NCBI GenBank assembly: GCA_951406725.2
Contig: OX597816.1
Coordinates: forward strand, 35,340,001-35,404,000
Reading direction: 5' to 3'
Source: Octopus vulgaris
Lineage: Eukaryota
DNA: 64,000 nt
Shown: positions 1 to 11,679 of the stretch, piece after piece
How positions within the stretch are numbered: position 1 is the first letter of the stretch
How the letters are laid out: each line of letters begins with the position of its first letter
The notes under the pieces: model-generated
Database searches by the model: none
Seen by the model: the letters and a program-made list of their open reading frames with translations, nothing else
Told to the model about the DNA's origin: nothing
Position numbers and translations under genes: made by a program

Positions 1-129
1 AAAACTTTAACCACAATAACAAAAATATTTACAATATAAAATTCAATACATTTAAGATAAGAATACAAATATTTATTAAAAGCATTAATATAAAATGTTA
101 GAATCATTAATATTCCTTACAGCCGTTTC

Positions 130-134
<5 letters not shown>

Positions 135-196
<62 letters not shown>
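135..196. repeat. (TA)n microsatellite
   Basis: Perfect TA run seen directly; similar TA/TG/GATA runs recur throughout the window. Confidence 0.95.
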
Positions 197-199
<3 letters not shown>

Positions 200-899
200 A
201 ATTGAGATAGGGATTGTAAATGCAACCCTCCATGTTCTGCTTTTTACATTTAACCCTACAGTCTTTTATGTGGTGGTTTAATAAAGTATGTGATTGAGTA
301 TTATCTGGTAATTAATATTTGATTTAGATGTATTTCTCCATTTTCTTATCTTGTATATATATATATTTATATATATATATATATATACACAAATACACGT
401 AGATTCATATAGATTCATGCACACTTATACGTACACACATACACACATATTGCTATGTATATATAAATATACATACACATAGACACACATATACATCATA
501 CACATATATGCATATAAATATAATAGACATTTAATATAACCAAAAGTATAGTAATTACCACATCAGTGTAAGTATGATAAAATCAAATGCAACGATCAGA
601 ATAAATTGTCACGAATAATATGAAAAAAATGTAATTGTATTATTAGTATATTGCTATGTATGTTTACAGTACAGAAAATATTTATATCTAAAATGTTGAC
701 ATATTCGAATATGTTTCTCATACCGATTAGTCATATTTACATCATTTTTACTATTTTTATTAATGTAAAATGCCTATGATATAGAAAGGCCACATTATCA
801 TTTACCACCACTATAAGATTGTGCATAACATGGAATTCGTAATTAATATCATCATCCATTTCTTGATGTACAAATTTATTATTAAGTTTATATCTAAAT

Positions 900-2110
900 G
901 TAGGTCTATGATTATTCTATTTAATTTTGAATGATGAATGGGATGCACAACTGTAGACGTAATGATGGTCGGAAAAACGATTAACGTAAGTTAATGTTTG
1001 GTTTGGCTAGTGGATAGGTCTATAAAGACCAGCGGGGAGACCTTGAGTTGCACTTTGGAAATTAACTGGTGTCCATCAAAAGCAATAGACATACCTTAAG
1101 TTTTAAACAGTGTAATAATTCCATTTTTTATAGCTAACACATTCTACATTACTAGAATTATGCAGAATAATTAAAGCATTATCCCTACAAAGATTTACAC
1201 TAATATTCAGAAGGTCATCTTTAATACATTATAATAAAGAAATTCTCACAAGTTTAGGGATATGAGTTGAATCATTGTATCCCATAGTAATATCGAATAT
1301 TTTGTGTATCGTTTCAAGTACTAAGTTTGTTGTTAAACTTAATAAAAGTTATCTTTGCCGTTAAAATATTATCATTTTTATTCCTGTTTAAATTAGAGTT
1401 TTTCATAGCAAGTATAATAGCCTAACTGAGGAGAATTGGAGAGATAGAAGAGTAGTAATTATCAAATTGCAAAAATTTAATATTGATTTTATACTTAATA
1501 TAAGTAAACCATTTAGTACACTAAATACTTTTAGACCACAGGATGAATAATAATTTTCTCTGCAGTGTAGAGATCTATTAATAATATGTTTACTAATCTT
1601 CTCAATATCCGATTCAGTCGGGGAAATTAATTTGATAGGTGATTTACTTATAAAATTTGATATATGATTTATTCTTGTAATTCTTGATATAAAATCTTCA
1701 GCTCTATTTTCTAAATCTTGTGATTTTTCAATACAATGATCTTGTTGATTAATATAAAAAAATACCGAAGTTTGTGTCAATTTATAATCCTTAATTAGTT
1801 CTTTTATTATTAGTTTGTTATAAGTGTTGAGATCAAGACTATTTAATTACTCGTTTCATCAGACAGAACCAAGATTTCAGGAGCTTTATTTAACTTTGAA
1901 AGTAAATCCTTCAATTTACAGAACTGGTTATAATTTTTAAATATATTCTTCTTGAATTTAATATTTCGTTACAATAGTTATTATATCGTTTTCAAAGTTT
2001 TTCAGATTCTGTTTATGTTATTTTTTTCTAGACTTAAATTCTCTTTTAAGAAAATTAATTTTGAGGGTTTTAATTTCATATGATATGTTAAACTTTACAA
2101 CATATTCTTA
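900..2110 (-). mobile_element. Decayed Penelope-like retroelement (Naiad-type), N-terminal and RT region
   Basis: Minus-strand peptides in the expected order: NLKNFENDII, ILVLSDETSN..YNKLI (cf. ADKT.N.Y), PIKLISPTESDIEKISKHII (cf. RLINPAKSEIGKISK), FDITMGYND (cf. FDVTMGSYD), LCRDN (cf. LYRDD), GLYRPIH*PNQTLTYVNRFSDH (cf. YRPY.KPN...Y....SNHP). Many stops and frameshifts. Confidence 0.8.
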
Positions 2111-2119
2111 TCAATGAAT

Positions 2120-2345
2120 TGACTTTATAGATAAGGAGTAATTATACAAGCCATGAGTACATAAGTTGTGGACTGACTTACTGATTCGCATATGTGCGTG
2201 TCTGTGTCTGCCTGTGTATTTATCAGAAGCAACTAAGTACCTCATAATCCGAAAATTCTTTCGCTCATTAGCACTTACCAATAATACGTGCTAATGCGCG
2301 AAACTTTAGGCCCTTGCATCACTTTGTATCTTCTGCTAAATATAA
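2120..2345 (-). mobile_element. Short Helentron/HINE-like non-autonomous element (degenerate)
   Basis: Minus strand starts TATTTAGCAG (cf. TACTAGCAG at 53263), has a CAGACA-type subterminal repeat and a ..TTATCTATAAAG end; internal 16-bp hairpin at 2259-2303. Confidence 0.35.
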
Positions 2346-2934
2346 ATGAAAATATATATATATACACAAATATATTTAGAATTCTGTCTGAGTTCACCAT
2401 ATCACAGACTCTAGGTAGTAGAAAATGTTTATGCATTTGAGCTCCAGACATCTGAAATTGCTATATTGGGAAATCCATCTGAATAGAAATAATTTACTGA
2501 TCGTATCACACTCATACTTTAACTAATCCAACAGCATCTAATTATAAAAAATGCGTTTAATATCCTGTCGTGAATCAAGAATAACTGTTATGATTTAACT
2601 TATATAAGGCCCTTGCTAGATATTTCTATGATTAAACTCATATGTTTAATTTTCATTTACTTGAGCATGGTGGCTGTTACTGCAGTAATGTATTACACAA
2701 GAGTGTTATTCACTAAGGTGAGATAGAGCAAAGGACACGTGAAATCAGCAAGATGCCCAACAAACTTACATTTGCTTTACCCGTGGATATAAAGATAAAT
2801 GACACCTTATTCTACGTTCTTACACTTTTACCACGCTAAGTTGGAGATCAACATTGTCTTCTGAGAGCAACAAAGCTTCCATTTTCAGAGAAAATGTTGG
2901 TATTATTCCTGCCGTGGTTTCTACCTTTGAATAT

Positions 2935-3070
2935 TTTCAGCATTACAAATTCTGGACAATACTGTGTCTTGAAATTTTAAAACATAAATTCTGCAACCGG
3001 CTTTGTCCTGAAATTTCAAAACATTACAAATAATGAAACAAGATTTTTCCTATAAAACTTTTAAAACACG
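2935..3070. repeat. Degenerate ~40-bp tandem repeat (about 3 units)
   Basis: Recurrent TGAAATTT(T/C)AAAACAT and CATTACAAAT motifs at about 40-nt spacing. Confidence 0.55.
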
Positions 3071-3616
3071 CAAGTGAGCAATACATTTCAATTAGAATTA
3101 TATTGGTAGTGATAGTATTACCAACATTTGAATTGTTTCTAATCAACAAAAGAGTGGAGGAGACCAAGTACGCTGCATCAAACCGGGAAATGAAACTTCA
3201 TCTGAAAATAGGCACGCCAAATTGAATCACCGAGCGAAGTGCTTTGCCACTTAGAGTGCTGTTTTAATTAATTAAATTTTTTTCACTTCTTACATCAATT
3301 ATGTTCGCGACAAGCAGTTTGCTATTGATAAAAAATATTATTTTTAATTAATCTTAATTATAATTATATGATTACATTTAAGATTGCATGCGTGTCTTTG
3401 CTTCTTCAGTACCAATTAACATGGGTGTTCATGACTTATTGATGATGGTGCTGTTTAATGATTGATGAATGATTACTGATGGCGAATAAAACATGGAGTA
3501 AATAAACAAATAAATAGAATCCACGCATATGAAACAACATAATTAAATGAAAAACAGAAATGTTATTTTTAACATTGGATATATCATCAGGGGTATCAGA
3601 GGGCGCTAAAGAATCC

Positions 3617-3681
3617 TGATGATGACGTTCCTGCTGCTGCTGCTACAACTACTATTGCTGCAGCTGCTAATAATAGTAATG

Positions 3682-3757
<76 letters not shown>

Positions 3758-3878
3758 TACCATGTCCACCAGCGCAAGCCTCATCATATTAACTACTACA
3801 ACTGTTACTAAGAATACCACTAACATCAAGATCAACAACAACAACAACAACAATGATAATAATAATAATAATAATAAC
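3617..3878. repeat. Compound trinucleotide microsatellite (GAT/GCT/AAT/AAC)n
   Basis: Seen directly; explains the poly-Leu ORF at 3596-3853. Confidence 0.9.
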
Positions 3879-4070
3879 GAACTAAGCTAACATTGATAAG
3901 GTTGTAAAAGCAACGGTAATTTTCGAAGAAAAATATATTAATACTAAATGAGTGGAAATCGAACCGGTGAGTGTGTTAGAAAATAATTCATTAAGACTGT
4001 ATGACACAACAAACGTTGCTTCAACACAAGTGTTTAAATAAAGAATCTTGCAAACCAGACGCAAAAATGA

Positions 4071-4128
4071 AGTAATAATAAAAATAATGAGAATAATAAT
4101 AACAAGCAACAACAACAACAACAACAAC

Positions 4129-4202
<74 letters not shown>

Positions 4203-4237
4203 CAATAATAATAATAACAATAATAATAATAATAATT
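4071..4237. repeat. (AAC)n(AAT)n microsatellite, target of the adjacent R4/Dong-type insertion
   Basis: Seen directly; explains the poly-N/I/Y/L ORFs. Confidence 0.9.
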
Positions 4238-4239
4238 AG

Positions 4240-4947
4240 GTGGACCACCTAATCTCTGGATGTAAAGTCTTAGCACCAGTGGAGTATAAATTAAGACATG
4301 ACAGAGTTGGCCAATATCTCCACTGGCTAATAAGTCGGCATTACAATATCAAAACTGCCGACAAGTGGTATAATCACCACCCTGAGGCTGTAACTTAAGG
4401 AGAAAATGTAACCATTCTGTGGGACTTTCCAGTACATACCGACCGAACCATCAAGGCCAATAAACCAGATATTGTTGTGAAAGACCAAAACAATAAAGTT
4501 TGCTTATTGATCGACATGAGCATCCCCTGTGATCATAATATCTCAGCGAAAGAGTTTGACAAGCTCAGAAAATATAAAGACCTACTCATTGAAATTGAGA
4601 AAATGTGGCATCTCAAGGCGGTTACAATACCAGTGATCGTAGGAGCACTAGGAATGATCAAGAAGGGAACCGAAAATTATATGAGAATGATCCCTGGCTT
4701 ACCATCCCTGCAAGAAGAGCAAAAGATTATCTTAACTGGTACATCACACGTATTGAGAAGAGCATTGTCGATGTGAGAACTGTTGCTGCTCATGTATTTT
4801 AATTTAACTTTAAAAAAAAAAAGAAAATGAACGAACTACTGAGTTTCGCTTAATGGCCTACCAATGTATACTATGAGTTTCTTTGCCCTAGGAGTCGGGA
4901 AGACACCCGGCAAGAAATGGAAGCAAATTTGAAAGAAGAAAAAAAAA

Positions 4948-4948
<1 letters not shown>
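4240..4948 (+). mobile_element. R4/Dong-clade RLE non-LTR retrotransposon, 5'-truncated (family 1): end of CCHC knuckle, restriction-like endonuclease, 3' UTR
   Basis: VDHLISGCKVLAPVEYKLRHDRVGQYLHW...ILWDFPVHTDRTIKANKPDIVVKD...LLIDMSIP..K..KY.DL...IVGALG; stop at 4776; flanked by (AAT)n on both sides; one internal stop. Confidence 0.9.
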
Positions 4949-4998
<50 letters not shown>

Positions 4999-5001
<3 letters not shown>

Positions 5002-6225
5002 CAAGAAAAATACTGACAGGATCTAGGATGCATCACCCAAAATCTGATATAGAAAGACTATATATACAACGTATAGAAGGTGGTAGAGGCCTTATACAGC
5101 TTGAAAACTACTATAAAATAACCACCATAGGACTGCAAAAATACCTACTTCAGAAGGAAGGAAAACTGATCCAGATAGCAGCAAAACACGAGCAAAACAA
5201 AAAACTGTTCTCAGTATTTAAGGAAGCTGACAAATACAAACAAGAAATCATACCACCTAATAAACACAAAGAAGAAGAAGAAGATGATGAAGAAACAACA
5301 AAAGCTATAAAACAAATGAAATCCGAACTAATAATAGAACAGCAACGAACCATGATAAAACGATGGCAAGAAAAGCCCCTTCATGGTAAATACTGCACTA
5401 AACTAAACGCAAAAGAAATAGACAAAGAAAAATCCCAGCAATGGTTGAGAAGCTGAGGACTCAAAGCAGAAACAGAGGGATTTTTAATCGCAGCACAAGA
5501 CCAAAGCCTCCCCACCAGAAATTACCAAAAACATGTAATGAAAAGAAATATTACAAGTAACTGCAGAATATGTGGAGATGGACAAGAAACAATAAATCAT
5601 ATTATCTCTAGCTGCCCAGTCCTGGCTAAGAAGGAATATATTCACAGACATGACAGAGTTGGAACCTACATACATTGGAAGCTATGCCAACATTATGGAA
5701 TAACAAGAGAAAAAAGATGGTATAGGCACACACCAGAAAAGGTCACAGAAAACGAGAAAGCAACCATACTCTGGGATATGCCGATACACACAGATAGAGA
5801 AATTAAGGCCAACAGACCAGATATAGTTGTCAGAGATCATGAAGAAAAAAAATGCTTTCTAATTGATGTATCAATACCGGCAGATGACAACGTGTCTCTA
5901 AAAGAAATGGAGAAACTCTCAAAATACAAAGACCTGGAAATAGAGGTAACTAGAATGTGGAACCTGAAAACAGAAACAATTCCTATCATAGTAGGTGCAT
6001 TAGGCATGATAAAAAAATATTCAGACAAATACATAACAAAAACACCAGGACTTACAAACACATATAACATACAGAAAATTGCACTACTAGGCACTGCACA
6101 CATCCTACGCAGAACACTTTCCATACAATAACCATCAGAGCATCACAACAAATCACAGTACATACCCAAGGCACACAGAGCTGCGCTCGGTAGTGATGTG
6201 AAAGCACGCTATAAAAATAAAACTA

Positions 6226-6230
<5 letters not shown>
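4999..6230 (+). mobile_element. R4/Dong-clade RLE non-LTR retrotransposon, 5'-truncated (family 2)
   Basis: MHHPKSDIERLY..R..GGRGL, WQEKPLHG, ETEGFLIAAQDQ, CRIC...HIISSC (CCHC), RHDRV, NRPDIV..LIDVSIP (RLE); a single in-frame TGA at 5454-5456; begins and ends in (TAA)n. Confidence 0.92.

Positions 6231-6321
<91 letters not shown>
6231..6321. repeat. (AAT)n switching to (ATT)n: self-complementary microsatellite junction
   Basis: Run reads ..AATAATAATTATTATT.. with the centre TAATTA at 6255-6260. Confidence 0.9.
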
Positions 6322-6371
6322 GAAAAATACCAGTACCAGTTACAGTAAATACCAAAATCCAATACCAGTAA

Positions 6372-8080
6372 AATCTGTCTCATCAAAAGAAGTACATGAT
6401 TTTTGTAATAAAATTTGGATAGAAGAAAACACAATAAAAAGGCCCCTGGATTAATAGAATATCTACTGACTTAGACTCCTCAGAAGACCAAAAGTGGGGG
6501 CGTATAAAGGTAGCGGATGTAAGGTCTCTTCTCAGAAAATCAAGCAAATGGAAGTCTCCGGGCAAGGGTAAAATTCCTACCTTCTTGTTGAATGTCTTTT
6601 CACATTCATGAACTGATAGCAAACTTTTGCAACAATATTTTGCAACAACCTAGAACGTTTCCTTCTTCGCTAGTTAATGGTGCTACATATCGCCTTCCAA
6701 AAATAGAAGAAAATGAACCAAAAATCTGTAAACCCAAAAGCTGCATAAGAACAATGTATGCAATACTAACATCTGTCTTGATTGAATTTACCTATAGATT
6801 TTTTTATAGAAAGTGATCCCTAATGACCAAAAAGGATGTAATCGTGGGTCTTAGTCATGAATAAGATGATCTTCGAAGATCGTCACAAACAACGCAAGAA
6901 CTTGGCGATAGCCTGGATAGATTATACAAAAACCTTTTGATAGTTTACCACATATCTGGGCTAAAAAAACATGTCAGGAAATTTATAAAATAGCACCTTC
7001 TCTACGAAACAGTTTATCTATAAGTATGAGATCATGGTGAACCACACTGACTTTGAACATTGGCAACGAATCTCTTAATGCCGGAGATCTAAGAACTTCA
7101 TGTGGCATTTTCCAGTGTGACTCTTTATCACCACTGTTCTGTTGTCTTTTTTTATACCTTTCTCTAAACTGCTCGACGAAATATGATACAACTATAAAAT
7201 ATTTGATAAAAATATAGATCATCTCTTTTGCATGGATGATATAAAGCTCCTTGCAAAATATGTCCAACAACTACACGGCTTACTAGAGATTGTTAAACAT
7301 TTTATTGATGACATCAGAATGCAATCAGTTTTCGAAAAATGGGCAAAAGCTACCTTTCTCAGAGGAAAAATGATAGAAACATCCAACGTTTATCCTAACA
7401 GAATGTCATAAAGGAGTTAGAATCAGTGAAGAGCTACAAATACCTAGGGTATTTGAAGGTGATGGAATCACACATTCAATGATCAGGGAAAGGATCAGAA
7501 AAGAATGTTATCGCAGGGTAAGAACAATACTCAAGACAGACCTGAATGCAAGAAATGAGATCGAAGCTGTCAATACTTTAGCCATACCGGTTGTGACTTA
7601 TACTTCCAATATTATTTACTGGTCAATTATTGAAATATGTAATACGAAAATTGTTGACAGCGCATAGGATGCACTACTCAAAGTCAGATACAGAACGAAT
7701 TTACCTGCTAAGAAAAGGGGATGACCGTGGGCTTTTACAACTGGAATTAACAATGAAGATTTCCACAAATGCCCTAAACACCTACCTGAAAAACTCTGAT
7801 GACTGGATGTTAAAACTTGTCTTAAAGCACAAAAACAAGAAAACATCATTCTCAGAAACAAAACAGGCAAAAGAATATTTGAGTTCCAAATACAAAAGAA
7901 ATCCAAGAATTACACATACTAGGAGAGAAAAAAGGAGAGAATCAAGGAGAGAAAAAGCTAAGCGTATAAGAACCCATGCTAAAACTGCTACCTTAGATAT
8001 TCTTACTGATAAATGTCAAGAGAAAAACCTCTCAATGGCAAATATCCAACGTTATGTAATGACGTGGATGTTGACAAAAC
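6372..8080 (+). mobile_element. Older degenerate R4/Dong-clade RT fragment (family 3, paralogous to 13130-14880)
   Basis: Collinear nucleotide similarity to the 11.7-15.8 kb element (KSSKWKSPG, GIFQCDSLSP, MDDIKL, ERIRKECYRRVR, MHYSKSDTERIYL); many indels; cut off at about 8080 by a Tx1-like fragment. Confidence 0.85.
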
Positions 8081-8094
8081 ACTTATTCAGTGTA

Positions 8095-9505
8095 GATCAA
8101 TTCGCTCTTGCCAAGGTTGACGGCATTTTGAAAAACACAAATGAAGGCAGCACCTACCTCTCTATTCTCACCTTTCTCTTCAAATTACACTTAAATAAGT
8201 TGATAAGGGATTAACCAGATAGGGATGTGCCTGTCTTCAAATCCACCACACAGCCTCTTTGCAGACAAAGACCTGCCTTCCTTCTCTGCTGTGGGAAGGA
8301 ATTACGTTCATCATCAACATACACTCAGTAGACAGCTGAATTCGTATTTCACGCGACAACTGCTGTGCCGCACAATCCCAAAACTTTCTAATGAACGGAC
8401 ACTGAATTATTGTATGTAGGACGGTTTCGTCACCCTGCAAGCCTGTCGGGCAAGTTAGACTTTTGGCACTTCCATGCCTGAATTGCTTGTCTCAGACGGG
8501 TAAAGCCTCTCTGTAGCACTGCCAAGCCAAATACTTTTGGAAAATGTCCATGTTCTTCAGACTGCTCGAACTGTTCTCGTTGATGCGTGGATTCCATCCT
8601 AGGTCATCATCATTCATACACGCAACTGGCCCCCTACAGAAATATTCGGTTGTTTTCCCGCTAACGGTAGCTAGTACACTGCATTGAGCGTCTGGCAGAA
8701 TTGTAGATGCCAAACGTCCAGCCTTGGCCTATGTTTGACCAATGTCTACAGCTCTATCTGAGAGAGGAACCGTGGAAAGTCGTGTCGCACGAAAGATGCC
8801 CACGCCAGTTTACCCACATTTTCATCATCGTCGTCGTCCACATAGTTGGAATGATTTATATATATATATCTGTATGTGTGACAGCTTCAAAGCGTGGCGT
8901 CTCATCATTAAGGATGGCATCACAAGACCTCCACAGTGCGGATGTTGACAGCAAAAGGATTTTCTGACCAACGGAACTTGATCCTTCCATAAGGATCGGA
9001 AAATTCATCGCTCAAATATGGTTCGAGTTTTCACAGGCCAAGGGTTCAACAGGTAGGCGGTAGTACACTACATAGACGATATATGCATTCGCCACCTCCG
9101 CCCGGTCTTTCAACGACAGCGTCCTTTCTACTCATTTCTGTCTGAAATTAGCCATCCTAGCCATGACATTTTCCCACTTTCTATCTACTTGGAGATCTGG
9201 TCCGAACCAGACTCCGAGCTTTTTCACTGAGGCCTCCCTCCAGCGACAAAAGTTGCTGTTAGTCAACTTGTCCCTCCAAGTGCCTAGTTCAGACTTACTT
9301 ACTTACCCTGGTTTATGAGTGCACATGTGCATTCCTGATATTCTTTCAGTATAGTGTCGGCTTTCCTATGCCTGAAGAGTCCGACGGCGTGAATGATGTC
9401 GACCGTGTATGCAGACATAGGTCTCCAATAGCTAGTTCCAATAGGTTACCCCTCAAATTCTCTATCCTTCGCATCAACGGTTCTAAAACTAAAATATATA
9501 ATATG
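8095..9505 (-). mobile_element. L1/Tx1-like LINE ORF2 remnant (RT and C-terminal zinc finger)
   Basis: LYILVLEPLMRRI, FQKYLAWQCYREALPV, C..C.QGDETVLHTIIQCP..RKFW; similar to 18210-19988. Confidence 0.75.
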
Positions 9506-9599
9506 CTGTAGCTACTAATACTACAACTACTACTATTCTGATAGTACACGAATCTGAGGCCCAACTACCACTACCCCAACCCCTACTATTGTTGCTATG

Positions 9600-10944
9600 T
9601 ATCGACGGGCTAACGATACCGTCGAGGGAGGTTATGAAGCATATAGAAGAGATGGGCTATAAGTACTTGGGCATTTTGGAAATGGATAAATTGATGGAGA
9701 AAGAAATGACAGAAAAATTTAAGGTAGAGTACTTGCGCAGACTGAGACTGATACTTAAGTCGAAATAAACGGACAGAATTTAAATTGAAGCTATGAACAC
9801 CTGGGCGGTTCCAATCTTTAGATATGGTGTAGGGGTAATCCCATGGACAGTAGACGAGCTAAACAGCTAAGACAGAAAGACAAGGAAGTTGCTAACGAGA
9901 TATGGGACACTCTACCCAAAATGTAATACAGGCAGACTGTATGTACCAAGAAGAGGGGGAATAGGACTTATTGGAAGCGAACACAGCTTTAGAGCAGAAG
10001 AATACGACATAGCATGGTATATAAAAAATGCCGCTATTTTTAGAAGTAAGAATGTGAGGCTTCTGTAGGATGAAAGGTTGCAAAGTTAAAGCACTGTACA
10101 AAGAGTTGAAAACGAATGAAACTGAAAATAGTTGGGCAAAGAAAAGACAATTTCATAGGGATGTTAAAGAAAAGACAGATAGAGATAAAGATGGCTGTGG
10201 ATGGTTAAAAGTGATTTAAAACCTAAAACGGAGACTCTCATCTGTGCTGTCCAAGAGCAAGCACTAAGAACAAGCTACATAAAATACACAATAGACAACA
10301 CATCAAAAAGTGAAAAGTGGAGAATTTCTGAACATATCGCATATCACCAGTCAATATACGCTACTTGCCCAGAAGCAATATCAGAGACGCGACGATAATA
10401 TAGCCAGGCTTGTCCATTGGACACTTTACAACATGTATGGACTTGACAGAGCAAAATATTAGTACAATCATAAACCTGAAGGCACCATCCAAAATGATAA
10501 TGCAAATATACTATGCGATTTAATGATTCAATACGACCATGAGATAGGGAATAGGAAGCCGGACGTAGTCTTATTTGAGAAAGAAGGTAAAGTATGCTGG
10601 ATCATAGATGTAGGATGCCCAGCTGACAAACAGGTATGCAATAACGAAGAACGAAAAGTCGAGAGATATGACTGGTTAGCTTGGGACGTTAAGCTGCTGT
10701 GGTCGATGAAAAAGGTGATAATATTACCAATAATTGTCGGAGCCCTGGTAACAGTGAGCAACATTCTTGAGAAGTACATAAAACAAATAGGGGCTGCATA
10801 AGGGTGGAGCACCTGCAGAAAATAGCACTGCTCGGAATCACTCGAGTACTCCGGAAGGTGCTCGAAAAATAAGAGGTGTTACGTTAGTTCACTGACACTG
10901 AACAGCTGGCACCGTAGTACATCTCCTAGAAGCTGTGCAAAAGC
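9600..10944 (+). mobile_element. R4/Dong-clade RLE retrotransposon, 5'-truncated and degenerate (family 4)
   Basis: GYKYLGILE, RLYVPR.GG.GL, KTETLICAVQEQALRT, RKPDVV..IIDVGCP, IIVGAL; 3' UTR runs into (TAA)n at 10945. Confidence 0.88.
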
Positions 10945-11018
<74 letters not shown>

Positions 11019-11080
11019 TAATAATAATAGCAACAACAACAACAACAATAACAACAACAACAATAATAATAATAGTAGTA

Positions 11081-11133
<53 letters not shown>
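10945..11133. repeat. (AAT/AAC)n tail/target microsatellite
   Basis: Seen directly. Confidence 0.9.
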
Positions 11134-11134
<1 letters not shown>

Positions 11135-11679
11135 TGACTATAAGAATGTGTAAAATTGCCTTTTAAATTGCCTTTTATTGTAACAACACATTTAAATGCA
11201 CAATAAAAAATTATGGAAGTAAGCACCTGCTAATATATACATACAACTGAATTCAGAAATTTAAAAAAATATATACATAACATTGAATTCAGAAAATTAA
11301 AAAAATCATCGACGTGAACATCAGATAAAATTGTGTGTGTGAGTATACATATACATATACATATGTATGTGGAAAGGAAGAAAGGAGAAGGGAAAAAAAA
11401 ATATATGTAAACAGGTTTGACCTTTACTGACCATTAATGTCATTTGTCTATTGGGCTATCTCTCCACCATCTGCTGAATCGATTTATAGATCCATAGAAC
11501 ATGACCTCTTTAACCACCCCCACACAATGGCAGTAGTGGTGGTGATGGTGAAAATGATAGGAACAAAAATAACAATAATAAGATACTGCTGTGACTACAC
11601 ATAAAACAGTATCATTCATGATGATGATGATGATGGTGATGGTGATGATGATAATGATGGTGATGGTAATAACAATAAT

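Noticed and set aside
3596-4276. Poly-L/I/N/Y ORFs (also 10879, 15731-16266, 46789-47266, 56799, 57573 and the many YIYI/CVCV/HTHT ORFs)
   Set aside because: Translations of microsatellites; no evidence of coding function.
5454-5456. In-frame TGA splitting the family-2 ORF as possible readthrough or selenocysteine
   Set aside because: The position corresponds to Ser in the related element (WLMASGLKSETEG); a TCA>TGA mutation in a truncated copy is simpler.
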